Positions 18,679 through 28,851 of a stretch of DNA of 64,000 nucleotides are shown piece after piece. The DNA comes from an uncultured Bacteroidota bacterium (lineage in GTDB: Bacteria > Bacteroidota > Bacteroidia > Bacteroidales > GCA-2748055). The notes under the pieces were generated by a model, which saw only the letters and a program-made list of their open reading frames with translations, did not search any database and was not told the origin of the DNA. Each line of letters starts with the position of its first letter. The first letter of the stretch is position 1. The stretch covers positions 245,308 to 309,307 of the forward strand of contig CAWCAK010000002.1 in the NCBI GenBank assembly GCA_963793455.1, written 5' to 3'. The position numbers were made by a program, and so were the translations under genes.

Positions 18679-19810
18679 TATATCTTATAAAACCGGCCAG
18701 CAGGGCCAGGTTCATCAATACAAAATGTGAAATGAACCGCAAAGGTATACTATGGATCTTAATTTTCCGCAAAAAATGGTCAATAACAGGGATCAGAAGG
18801 ATCACAATATGCAAGCAGGGCAAGTGCCAGATAAACCGGTTGTTCGATTCCCAGGGCAACGGATGTTCCCAGGGTAATGATAACCAGGAAGGGAACAAAC
18901 CAGCGAATGACCTTGTGTGAAAGGAAACAGAATGCCAACCCCGGGTCGTCGTGAAAACAGCAGGGAGCCAAAAGCAGCACAGGTTCTGGAAATTGCCGGC
19001 CGAGATCCGTTTTTTTCGGCGGAATTCTTCCTTCAGATCGTTGGATACATCTTCATATACCATTGCATTGATGTTGCTGATGCAACGGAATCCCTGTTTC
19101 AGGACGGCCATATTGATATAGAAATCATCCACCAGGAAATGACCGGGAACAGGCTGGTAGTTGGTTTCCTAACTGCATAACAGCCCCCGAAAGGTCCCAT
19201 CATGGTCCCCCAGATCAGGCTTTCATTATGTTTGATTTTCACCTCCCTGCTGATGTAGAATTTCTCCTGGTGGGAAATTCCATCTTTTTTCAGCCTGGTA
19301 TTGATCATGTATGTATCCACCAGTCCTGTCTCCGGGCAATTGAATGAACCTGCCAGCTCATTCAGGGTATTTTTGTCCAGCATCACATTGGCATCGGTGA
19401 TCACCAGGATTTCTCCATTGGCTTCTTCAGCCAGCTGGTTGACCACCCCGGGTTTTCCTGTACGTTTGTCGAAATCAGAAACCTTCAGAGCAGGGATGTT
19501 CCTTCTTCGAGTTCGACGAAGGATTTCATTGGTCGGTCGGTGGAAGCGTCCGAACCCACAAGGATCTCCAGCCGGTCTGGCAGGATAATCAGCAGTCCAG
19601 GACCGATCTGATCTTTGTCCTCGATGACCTCCTCTTCGTTAAATGCAGCAATGAGCACGGAGAGAAACGGCAGTTCCTGGTTGTTGTTACATCCGGGATG
19701 TTGGCTACTATTTTCTTGATGGCCAGCAGGTGAAGAATGGAAGGAAAAAGCAGATAGGAATAAATAATCAGGAAAATACTGATCCAGAATATAACCTGAA
19801 GAAAAATCAT
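18626..19810 (-). pseudogene. family 2 glycosyltransferase with N- and C-terminal membrane segments, frameshifted
   Basis: Fragments are MIFLQVIFWISIFLIIYSYLLFP..., ...EILVITDANVMLDKNTL..., ...GGCYAVRK... and ...FRRKKRISAGNFQ.... C-terminal TM segments lie in at least 3 different frames. Confidence 0.7.
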
Positions 19811-20998
19811 ACCTGTTCTTTGAAAAACCGGCTTAGCCGGGTTGAAAGCCCAAAGGTATCAAAATTCTCCTGAATGAGACGTCCTGCCTGCTGGCTGCCA
19901 TCTCCCGGGTTTCCATGGTTATTTCAGATAAGTTTAATAATCTGATTTTTAAATAATCAGGATTGTCAGCCACCAGAACCTGCCGGTTGTTTTCAGCAGG
20001 AATTCCTTCGATTCCTACAGGAGGTGGTTACCACCGGCCGGCCCAGGGCCATGGCCTCAAGGATCTTGATCCTGATCCCGCTTCCTGTGAGCAGGGGAGC
20101 GACCATGACCCGGTATGATTGCATGAATTCCCTGGCATCGTCCACCTCTCCATGGTAGATGATCTGTTTCCTTCTAAGGATTCTTTCAAAAGTTCCGGGG
20201 CATTTCTTCCGGCCACATGAAACCGAAGCTCGGGATTTCTTTGCACAAGGGTTCAAATACATGGTCCAGGAACCATTCAGGCCCTCCTGGTTGGGAAGCC
20301 AGTCCAGTGCCCCGATGAAAAAGAGGGTGGGTTGGTCCGGAAGGGGTGTTGAGGATAGGCTTCCAAGGACAGACCGGCGGGAATGGTGATGCGGGTTGCC
20401 TTGCACCCTTCTCCCTGAAATAGGCTTCATCCAGCGGACTGATGGTGACCAGGCAATCCGATTGACGGACCACTTCCATTTCAAATCGTTTCGAGCCTGG
20501 ATGCCATATTGCTCAGGTACCACCTTTTCAGAATGGAGACTTTCATTGGCAGCTTTTCTTTTCCAGATCAGATGTTCCACATTGTGTGCCCTGAAGGAGA
20601 CAGCGGCATTGCTCTTCTTCCTGATAGCATCCAGGTAGTGACCCGGATAGGGTCCTTCCAGCTGGACCAGGTCAAAGGATTCCTTGTGCAGAATCTCTGC
20701 CAGTTTATCCCTGAAATCACTGTTGTTGAATCGTTCAGCGATATAGGGTTCTTTGAGAAGAGCAGGTTGATCAGCATCCTGAACGGCCTGATGGTACTGT
20801 CACAATCGATGCCCATGAAACCTGATTGTGATCGGATAGCTCCCGGGAATCTTCTCCACCGGGAAGTTATGTTTGATTGTATTCAGGGCCAGGCAGGTGA
20901 CCTCATTCCCTGCATCGCGTGAGGCCGGTGATCATATTCAGGGTGGCAATGGAACCACCGTCCCTGGGAGGATAGGGAAGTTTGTTGGTCAAGAATCA
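19807..20998 (-). pseudogene. family 1/4 glycosyltransferase, heavily frameshifted
   Basis: MKILILTNKLPYPPRDGGSIATLNM... at 20998. The C-terminal GT-B motif ...GSGIRIKILEAMALGRPVVTT... is present. Pieces are scattered over all three frames. The TGA stop overlaps the ATG of the downstream GT2 gene (ATGA at 19807-19810). Confidence 0.65.
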
Positions 20999-22507
20999 GA
21001 ATCTTCATATGACCTTGAACCTTTTTTCGCACCCAGTCTCAGTTTCTTAAACCAGGTGAAATAGGTTTCAATATTCAGAATCACCGAATCGTTGGCAGCT
21101 TTATAGGTAAGCCAGATGCTTACGGGACAAGGATGAATAGTGGAGATCCACATACCGTGCAAAGGGGGAATGATGCTTTCCCGGGCAAATTTCTCTCCCA
21201 TCATGGAGATGATGTAATAGACAAGGAAGAGCAAACACTGACAATCACAGGCATACCCAGACCTCCTTTCCGGATAATGGCACCCAGCGGGGCTCCAATG
21301 AAAAAGAAGATCAGGCAGAGCAATGAATAGGTGAATTTGCGATGGATCTCAATCTGGTAACGTCTCAACCTGCCAATTTTCCACTCGGCAGTACCCACGT
21401 TGGAGGTGGTTACCGATTTGTTGCTCCTGGCAAAATTGATGGCCTGGCTGATGGCCCTTCTTTTTTCCAGCTTGTTCAGTTCTGCATAAGGCAGAGTCCA
21501 CATGAATCGGCTGGATCCGTATCTCCTCCAGTCTCCTGCTTTCTTGCAGCATGAGAATCGGGACATGAGTGTGGCTTTGACTGATCAGAATCCCTTTGGG
21601 TTTTCCTGTCAGGGTCCTGTCGATGGTGCTGTGAAATTTGTCAAGGATTGACATATCAGATCCACGGAAAGGGAATCGTCAAAATGATGTAAGCTGCGAC
21701 AGGTTCAGCATGGAATATGAATTCCGGAACAGCTTTTCATCGGTCCTGTTCAGACCAAACCCGGTCATTTCGATGATCATCTCCTGTTATTCGAAATGAT
21801 CCCTCCGATGGGGATAGCTTTTAACATGCCTGTTTTCCTTCTTCTGTTTCTGAAGTTCGATGTAGGATTTGCCGTTATAGAGGGTAAGCAGCAGGTGTTT
21901 TTCATCGGCGGACATTTTCATATATCCCGAATCGGCAATGGTTACACTGCACATTTCCCTGCTTGTCGGTATGGTCGAAAATCAGGATATCTTTCAGAAG
22001 ACTGGTTTTGCTGTCCCTGTCCCCGATCCGGATGGAATATCCCTCCAGGGTATTATCAAATACTCCCGGTTTGATGGTCAGTTCGGGCCGTTGCTGCTGA
22101 ATATCATAGAGCAAGGACCTCATTTTCAGGTTGGAAAAGGGCAGAACATGGTTGGAAAAGAAAAATGCCCCTACGGAAATAAGCGTGGAGAGGACCATGA
22201 CCGGGGCCATGATCCGTACCAGGGAGATCCCGGAGGATTTGAATGCCAGAAGTTCCAGGTTTTCAGCCAGGTTTCCAAAGGTCATCAGGCTGGCCAGCAG
22301 GACAGCCAGGGGCAGGGCAAGGGGAACCAGTGAGGCACTTGTATAAAGCAGGAATTCTGAAATGATGTTAAACTCAAGTCCTTTCCCGATCAGGTCATCA
22401 ATATACTTCCACAGAAATTGCATCAGAAGTATAAAAATCACGAAGAAGAATGTGAGGACCAGCGGACCAATAAAAGACTTTATGACCAGAAGATGCAGCT
22501 TTTTCAC
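20989..22507 (-). pseudogene. LptF/LptG (YjgP/YjgQ) family permease, frameshifted
   Basis: The intact 201-aa N-terminal part is MKKLHLLVIKSFIGPLVLTFFFV...LLAFKSSGISLVRIM.... Later segments (...FIGAPLGAIIRKGGLGMPV..., ...YYIISMMGEKFARESIIPPLHGMWIS...) are in other frames. Confidence 0.75.
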
Positions 22508-22622
22508 ACCACTCCCAATTCGTATCTACAATTTCAACGAAGACAAAGTTAACTTATTTTGGAAAGAAACGGAGTGCCAGTAATGATGGTACGGGTAGCG
22601 GGTACCGGGCAATGAGAAATAT

Positions 22623-23002
22623 CTAAAGTCCGATGGCGTGTTTCAGTTCAGAGATCTGGGAGTCCCAGAGATCGATGGCATCGTCTTTTTCATCCTCCTC
22701 AGCAAAATCGGTGATCAGAAGGGCCACATCACCGGTGAGTTCATCTGTATGGATCCTGAATTCGAAGAAGGCGTCTCATCTTCATCATCTTACCCAGTGA
22801 AACCGGATGAATTTGTTGGTTTTTTTCTGCACCACCGAGGCTTCCTGTTCGGTCCCTTCCCAGATGAAATGTATATTTCCCTTTTCTCAGATTCACATCA
22901 TCGGCAAACCATTCCGAAAGTCCTTCCGGAGTGCTGAGCCTGTTGAATAAGATTGCCGGGAGATGTGTTGAGCGTATACTCAAGCTCATATTTCGTCTTC
23001 AT
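22623..23002 (-). pseudogene. START-like/SRPBCC small protein, frameshifted
   Basis: MKTKYELEYTLNTSP | AILFNRLSTPEGLSEWFADDVNL | ...YFEFRIHTDELTGDVALLITDFAEEDEKDDAIDLWDSQISELKHAIGL lie in different frames over only 380 nt. The family assignment is from memory of Bacteroides START-like proteins. Confidence 0.6.
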
Positions 23003-23201
23003 GCGGTGAGGGAATTAGTCAATAATTCTGCCGTACATGCAATATAATAAAATTCTGCGGATTTCAAAATTCAGTGATTCAGAGCAATGCTCAGTGATTC
23101 AAATAACTAGAATGAGTATAAAAAAGGATGATCGTCCGCAGAATCAAAGTAGAAAGTAATTATATTTAGGGCTTTCTAAAACTAAAAAACCACAAACTAC
23201 C

Positions 23202-24644
23202 ATGAGTGCTAAGAATGAAGTACAACAAGACGTGTCGTCATTGTGATTGCCAGTATCGCGGCCACAGGCGGACTTCTTTTTGGGTTTGATACGGGGGTGA
23301 TCTCCGGTGCAATCCCATTTCTACAGGACTATTTTGAATTAACAGATTCACAGGTTGAGAATCTAACAGCCCTGGGCCTGATTGGTGCTGTTGTGGGCGC
23401 GTTGGTCACAGGAAGAATTACAGATTACCTGGGAAGGAAGAAGGTGATCCTGGCATCTGCGTTTATATTTGCAACAGGGGCCGTCTGGACTGGCCTTGCA
23501 CCCACTGTAACCCAATTGATGATTTCCCGTTTCTACCTGGGACTGGCCATCGGTGTTTCATCTTTTGCTGTTCCATTGTATATATCCGAGATCTCACCCA
23601 CAAAAATCAGGGGAACCCTGGTATCCATGTTCCAGTTACTGATCACGGTGGGTATTCTTACTGCCTACCTCAGCGACAATGCATTTGCTGATAATAACAA
23701 CCTGGAGTGCTGGCGTCCCATGTTGTATGTAGGGGTGATTCCTGCACTGATCCTGTTCACTGGGATGTTCTTCCTGCCTGAAACTCCTCGCTGGCTGATG
23801 AGTAAAGGACGTGAGGAGGAGAGCCGGAAAGTTCTGCGCAGGATTGAAGATCCGGAGTTCATCGAGACTTCCATTGCTGACATGAAAAGAGACATCGCCA
23901 TCGATGCAAGCCAGGCAGGCTTCCGGGAGATCTTCAAACCCTGGCTGAGAAATGCACTGATCATTGCCATGGGAATCATGTTCTTCCAGCAGTTTGTCGG
24001 GATCAATACGGTGATCTATTACAGTCCGAAGATCTTCCTGGCAGCAGGATTTGAAGGTGCTGAAGCGGCCATTGCAGCATCTGTGATCGTGGGAGTGGTC
24101 AATGTGTTCTTTACCATTGTTTCCCTGTTTGTGATAGACAGACTGGGAAGAAGGAAACTCTATTTCATTGGCTTTCCGGAATATTGCGGTTGCACTGGTT
24201 TGCATGGGCCTTGGTTTCATGCTTCCGGGAGCAGGCAAATGGTTCCTGGTGATCTCCATGCTGGTGTACATTGCTTTCTTTGCCATCAGTCTTGGGCCGC
24301 TTGGCTGGTTGATCATCACCGAAGTATTCCCCACCAGGGTTCGTGGACTGGGTTCTTCCATCGGGTCGCTTTCAAACTGGGGATTCAATACACTGGTGGT
24401 ATGGACATTCTTATAAGATGGCAAGCGCCATTGGCAATGCAAAAGATGTGGTTGTTCCTGAAGGAAGGACCTGTCCGATATTTGTCCCGGCTGCGTGGGC
24501 AGTGTATTCTGGATTTTTGCAGCTGTTGCACTGATCGGACTTGTGTGGGGTTATTTCTATATCCCGGAGACCAAGGGTATAACACTTGAGAAGATCGAGG
24601 AACACTGGAGGCAGGGCAAGAAGCCAAGGCAACTCGGGAAGTAA
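23202..24644 (+). pseudogene. MFS sugar porter (sugar:H+ symporter), frameshifted near both ends
   Basis: Motifs GGLLFGFDTGVISGA, GRKKVIL, PETPRWL and IPETKGITLEKIE. Frame changes occur at about 23216-23245, about 24165 and about 24416, with at least one more before 24500. The 23243-24165 stretch is uninterrupted. Confidence 0.8.
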
Positions 24645-24656
24645 AAACCAGAACAG

Positions 24657-25178
24657 ATGACACGATTCCTGGAACTTGCAAAGAGCCGCTATTCATGCCG
24701 GAATTATGACAGCAGGGTAGTGGAGGCAGAGAAGCTGGAACTGGTCCTGGAGGCAGGACGTGTAGCCCCTTCTGCTGTAAACTTCCAACCCTGGCATTTT
24801 TATGTGATCCGGGGCAGTGATCTTAAGATGATCCACCCGGTCTACCACAGGGAGTGGTTCCGTACCGCTCCGTGTGTGATCATCATCTGCGGCGACCACA
24901 GCCAGTCATGGAAGAGGAAGTCGGACGGAAAGGACCATGGTGATGTGGATGTGGCCATCACAGTGGATCATATGACCCTCCAGGCTGCGGAACTGGGACT
25001 GGCCACCTGCTGGATCTGCAATTTTGATCCGGTGGCAACCGGAGAGGTGCTGAATCTCCCGGATCATCTTGAACCCGTGGTGATCCTTCCCCTGGGTTAC
25101 CCGCTGGACAAAGCCGATCCCGGCCGTCATGATGAGAAGCGGAAACCTCTTTCGGAGTTCGTCACCTACGGTTTATAG
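24657..25178 (+). CDS. nitroreductase family protein
   Basis: 173 aa (RYSCRNYDSR..., APSAVNFQPWHF...), typical of the small NAD(P)H nitroreductase fold. Confidence 0.85.
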   Translation: MTRFLELAKSRYSCRNYDSRVVEAEKLELVLEAGRVAPSAVNFQPWHFYVIRGSDLKMIHPVYHREWFRTAPCVIIICGDHSQSWKRKSDGKDHGDVDVAITVDHMTLQAAELGLATCWICNFDPVATGEVLNLPDHLEPVVILPLGYPLDKADPGRHDEKRKPLSEFVTYGL

Positions 25179-25304
25179 CCCACCTTTGGTTTATAGCCCA
25201 CCTTTGGTTTATAGCCCATCTACGGTTTATAGCCCATCTACGGTTTATAGCCCACCTTTGGTTTATAGTTCTCTATGGGGTTATTGCCCTCCGTTCGTTT
25301 ATTG
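25161..25304. repeat. tandem array, 18-bp unit x about 8, whose first unit is the last 5 codons plus TAG of the nitroreductase gene
   Basis: gtcacctacggtttatag / cccacctttggtttatag x2 / cccatctacggtttatag x2 / cccacctttggtttatag, then two degenerate units. All units are in frame with the gene. Confidence 0.9.
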
Positions 25305-25695
25305 CCTTATGGACGCTGTGGGCCGACTGTTTCAATCCAGTGGCTGAAAACAGGATCAATGATGATTGTCTCATCTCCATATCATGAATTCACGATGTCA
25401 CTAATATGTGACATCTATGGATGTGTTTACAGCTGGTTTATCGTCGTGCGATGGAGAAAAAAATCCTAAATATCAGGTAAACAAGAAAATACAGTCTGTT
25501 CTGTCCGGGATTCAGAATCGTTTTTTTGAAGGGTAATTCCGGTATGTTACAAAAGTGTGACATTGTGAAATGCCCAACAGGGCTTATGCAGCCCTGGCAA
25601 TGTTCAGTGGTGGTTAGGTCAGAACTCATTTGTGAAACAATCTCCCTCCAAAACTTGATGAATAAATCATAATAAATTAACTTTGGTTCAAAGAA

Positions 25696-25721
25696 TGACT
25701 AATAGTCAATAATTATATTTG
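25696..25721 (+). promoter_or_regulatory. candidate TetR operator (palindrome TGACTAATAGTCA) and TAnnTTTG -7 box upstream of the tetR-efflux operon
   Basis: The perfect 13-nt palindrome lies at 25696-25708. TATATTTG lies at 25714-25721, 17 nt before the ATG at 25739. Confidence 0.4.
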
Positions 25722-25738
25722 AGTCAATTCACAACATT

Positions 25739-26371
25739 ATGGGAATAGCTGAAAGAAAGGAGCGGGAAAAACAGCAGCGCAAGGAAGAGATTGTCCAGGC
25801 GGCTGAAAAGGTCTTCTTCTCCAAAGGATTTGAGCAATCCACCATGGATGATATTGCCGGGGAGGCGGAACTGAGCAAAGGAACCCTTTACCTCTATTTC
25901 AAAAGCAAGGACGACATCCACCTGGCGGTGGCCAGGAATGCCATTAAATTGCTGCGGATACAAACCTCAATTGCGGCAGAAGGGGATGGGAACGCCCTGG
26001 AAAAACTGCGAAGGATGGGTTTGGCCTGCATTGATTTCTCCATGAAACATCCCGACCAGATGAAAGCCATCATGACCCTGGAGGAGGTGGAGGCGCAGGA
26101 TATCAGTCTCTCCACAAGTGATGTTCAGGACATGATCTTCAATGAATCCACCGTGGGAACCGTCATGCAGGTGGTGGAACAGGGGGTCGGGGAAAAACTG
26201 ATCAGGTCGGACCTTCCGGTGGCCCTCATAGCACACACACTCTGGATGTCGGTGCTCAGTGTGATCAGGTTCGCCACCAGGAAGGTGGGGTTGTTCGAGA
26301 TGCTTGATCTTACCCCCGCCAAGATATATGAAAGCCATTTTGAACTGGTAATAAACGGAATAAGGTCATGA
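25739..26371 (+). CDS. TetR/AcrR family transcriptional regulator
   Basis: N-terminal HTH (FFSKGFEQSTMDDIAGEAELSKGTLYLYFKSKDDI). First gene of the efflux operon; its TGA stop overlaps the next ATG. Confidence 0.85.
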   Translation: MGIAERKEREKQQRKEEIVQAAEKVFFSKGFEQSTMDDIAGEAELSKGTLYLYFKSKDDIHLAVARNAIKLLRIQTSIAAEGDGNALEKLRRMGLACIDFSMKHPDQMKAIMTLEEVEAQDISLSTSDVQDMIFNESTVGTVMQVVEQGVGEKLIRSDLPVALIAHTLWMSVLSVIRFATRKVGLFEMLDLTPAKIYESHFELVINGIRS

Positions 26372-27771
26372 AAAGGAAAAGGAGAACACGGACAAACATA
26401 AGTGGGAAACCTGCCGTTCTCGCCGGCCTTTTAATCCTCCAATGCATGGCAGGTCTGGACGCCGGCGCTCAGAACCCGGTACTCCAGGCGTACATCAGCG
26501 AGGGGCTCCGGTCCAACCAGGGGCTGAAACAGAAACAGCTGGATTATTCCTCCAACCTGGCGGCACTGAAGGAGGCAAAAGGTTTGTTCCTGCCCGATCT
26601 GAGCTTCAATGCGCGTTACACAGTAGCTGACGGGGGAAGGACCATCGAATTCCCGGTGGGTGACCTGATGAACCCGGTCTACTCCACCCTGAACACGCTC
26701 ACAGGCACACAGGCTTTTCCCCAGATCGAGAATGAGACATTTCCTTTCTACCGGCCCCATGAGCAGGAGACCAAACTTACCCTTGTACAACCTATATTCA
26801 GTACCGATATCATCCACAACTACAGGATCCAGAAGCAGTACTCGGAGATTGCCCGGATCGATGTGGACCGCTACAAGCGGGAACTGATCAAGGAGATCAC
26901 AAAAGCATACTACGGTTACCAGAAAGCCCACAACCTGGTATTTCTGGCCGATACCACCATCTCCCTGGTCAGGGAGAACCTGAGGGTCAGCCAGCGGCTT
27001 TTTGAGAATGACAAGGTGACCATTGATGCGGTTTACAGGTCAGAATCAGAACTCAGCAAGGTGGAGGTGCAGCGTGCACAGGCTTACAATATGCTGGAAG
27101 CCTCCAGGGCCTATTTCAATTTCCTGTTGAACAGGTCCCTGGATGCAACCATCGAACTGGTGGCCGGTCAGCCGGTCCCGGTGGATGTTTCCCTGGAGGA
27201 AGCCAGCCTGCTGGCTATGCAGAACAGGGATGAGCTGAACCAGATCGAACAGTACCGGTTATTGAACCAGCGCGTTACCTCCCTGCACCGGGGAAAGAAT
27301 GTCCCTGGCCTGTTCGGGGTGGTGGATTACGGATTCCAGGGGGAGGATTACAGTTTCACAGGGGAGGATGATTTTGTGATGGCGTCCATCGTGATGAAGT
27401 GGAACCTGTTCCAGGGGACTGCCAACCACCGGAAGGTACAGCAATCGAAGATTGAAGGGGAAAAGCTTAAAACACTCTATGCTGAGACCCAGCAACAGAT
27501 CAGGCTGGAGGTCATCAACCATTACTATGCATTGCGGGCTGCCTATGAGTCGGTGCAATCGGCACGGAAACAGACCCGGTCAGCACTCAGGGCCTACGAC
27601 CTGATCAACCGGAAATACAGAGAGGGTCAGTCTTCCCTCCTGGAACTGATTGATGCCAGAACCAGCCTGACCAGTGCAGCAGCCAACTCCATCATTGCAC
27701 AAAGCGAATACTTCAGCAGGCAGGCTGACTTCGAATATGCCATGGGGGCCAACGGACTTGAAAATTTTTAA
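26368..27771 (+). CDS. TolC-family outer membrane efflux protein
   Basis: 467 aa with a signal sequence and a two-fold OEP repeat architecture. Sits in an operon with MFP and RND genes. Confidence 0.85.
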   Translation: MKRKRRTRTNISGKPAVLAGLLILQCMAGLDAGAQNPVLQAYISEGLRSNQGLKQKQLDYSSNLAALKEAKGLFLPDLSFNARYTVADGGRTIEFPVGDLMNPVYSTLNTLTGTQAFPQIENETFPFYRPHEQETKLTLVQPIFSTDIIHNYRIQKQYSEIARIDVDRYKRELIKEITKAYYGYQKAHNLVFLADTTISLVRENLRVSQRLFENDKVTIDAVYRSESELSKVEVQRAQAYNMLEASRAYFNFLLNRSLDATIELVAGQPVPVDVSLEEASLLAMQNRDELNQIEQYRLLNQRVTSLHRGKNVPGLFGVVDYGFQGEDYSFTGEDDFVMASIVMKWNLFQGTANHRKVQQSKIEGEKLKTLYAETQQQIRLEVINHYYALRAAYESVQSARKQTRSALRAYDLINRKYREGQSSLLELIDARTSLTSAAANSIIAQSEYFSRQADFEYAMGANGLENF

Positions 27772-27780
27772 TCATAGCCA

Positions 27781-28851
27781 ATGAAACGCATTACCTTCTT
27801 CACAACCACGTTCCTGCTGATCCTGGCAGGGTGCCAGCCGGCAGTACAGAAAACACCATTGGATCCGCAACCCCTCAGGGTGAAGGTGCTGCCCGCAGGG
27901 ATGCTGGACTACAAGGTTCCGGCAAAAGCCACCGGGATGCTGAGTACTGCAACAGAGATGAAACTGAGTTTCAAAACGGGGGGGATCATCAAACAGGTTC
28001 ATGTGAAGGAGGGCCGTTCGGTTTCGCGTGGGGATGTGCTTGCCGAACTGGACCTTTCCGAGATCAAGGCGCAGGCGAGCCAGGCCCGCATAGGCCTTGA
28101 GAAGGCCGGACGGGACCTGGACCGGACCAGGAATCTTTACCGGGACAGTGTGGGCACCCTGGAGCAGTACCAGAACGCCAGGTCAGCTTACGAGCTGGCC
28201 AGGGCACAGAAGCAGATTACTGACTTCAACCTGTTGCATTCAAGGATCATTGCGCCTTCCGACGGGAAGATCCAGAAGATCCTTGTGGAGACCAACGAGG
28301 TGACAGGGCCTGGACATCCCGCCATCCTTTTTGCTTCCACGGAAAATGACTGGGTGGTGAGGGCATCCCTCACGGACAAGGATGTGGTGAGGTTCTCCAT
28401 CGGGGATTCGGCCAGAATCTTCATGGATGCATTCCCGGGGACAGAGTTTAAAGCCGAAGTCACCGGTCTTGGAACAATAGCTGATCCGTTGACCGGTTCC
28501 TATGAGGTCGAATTAATGGTCCTGAAGGCACACCCACAGTTCAGGACCGGATTTTTCTCCAGGGTTACGATCTTTCCCAAAGATGTAACCCGCTCCATTG
28601 TTGTACCTGTGGAGGCACTGCTTGATGCCGGTGATCACAGGGCACATGTTTTTGTTCTCCAACAGGGTGAAAACGGAAAGCCATCGACAGTCCTGAAGAG
28701 AAACCTGCGGACCGGGCAGATCCTCGGTTCCCAAGTGGTGGTGCTTGAAGGCCTGGATGAGGGTGAACTGGTCATTACCGATGGAGCCAGGTATCTGAAG
28801 GCCGGCATGGAGGTGAATCCTGTGAATCATCCTGAAACCGACCAGCCATGA
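27781..28851 (+). CDS. efflux RND transporter periplasmic adaptor subunit
   Basis: Lipoprotein-type signal (LILAGCQ), lipoyl-like motif VKEGRSVSRGDVLAELD, a coiled-coil hairpin and a beta-barrel domain. Confidence 0.85.
   Translation: MKRITFFTTTFLLILAGCQPAVQKTPLDPQPLRVKVLPAGMLDYKVPAKATGMLSTATEMKLSFKTGGIIKQVHVKEGRSVSRGDVLAELDLSEIKAQASQARIGLEKAGRDLDRTRNLYRDSVGTLEQYQNARSAYELARAQKQITDFNLLHSRIIAPSDGKIQKILVETNEVTGPGHPAILFASTENDWVVRASLTDKDVVRFSIGDSARIFMDAFPGTEFKAEVTGLGTIADPLTGSYEVELMVLKAHPQFRTGFFSRVTIFPKDVTRSIVVPVEALLDAGDHRAHVFVLQQGENGKPSTVLKRNLRTGQILGSQVVVLEGLDEGELVITDGARYLKAGMEVNPVNHPETDQP

Noticed and set aside
22508-22622. Short repeat ggtacgggtagcgggtaccggg and nearby sequence between the LptF/G permease and START-like genes as a possible regulatory element
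   Set aside because: It is only one imperfect local duplication. There is no second copy or palindrome of convincing length.
25129-25347. 72-aa ORF translating the 18-bp array as (SPPLVY/SPSTVY)n, and the 32940-33272 and 33001-33501 ORFs over the 17-bp array
   Set aside because: These are products of reading tandem DNA repeats in an open frame. They overlap real gene ends and have no independent coding evidence.
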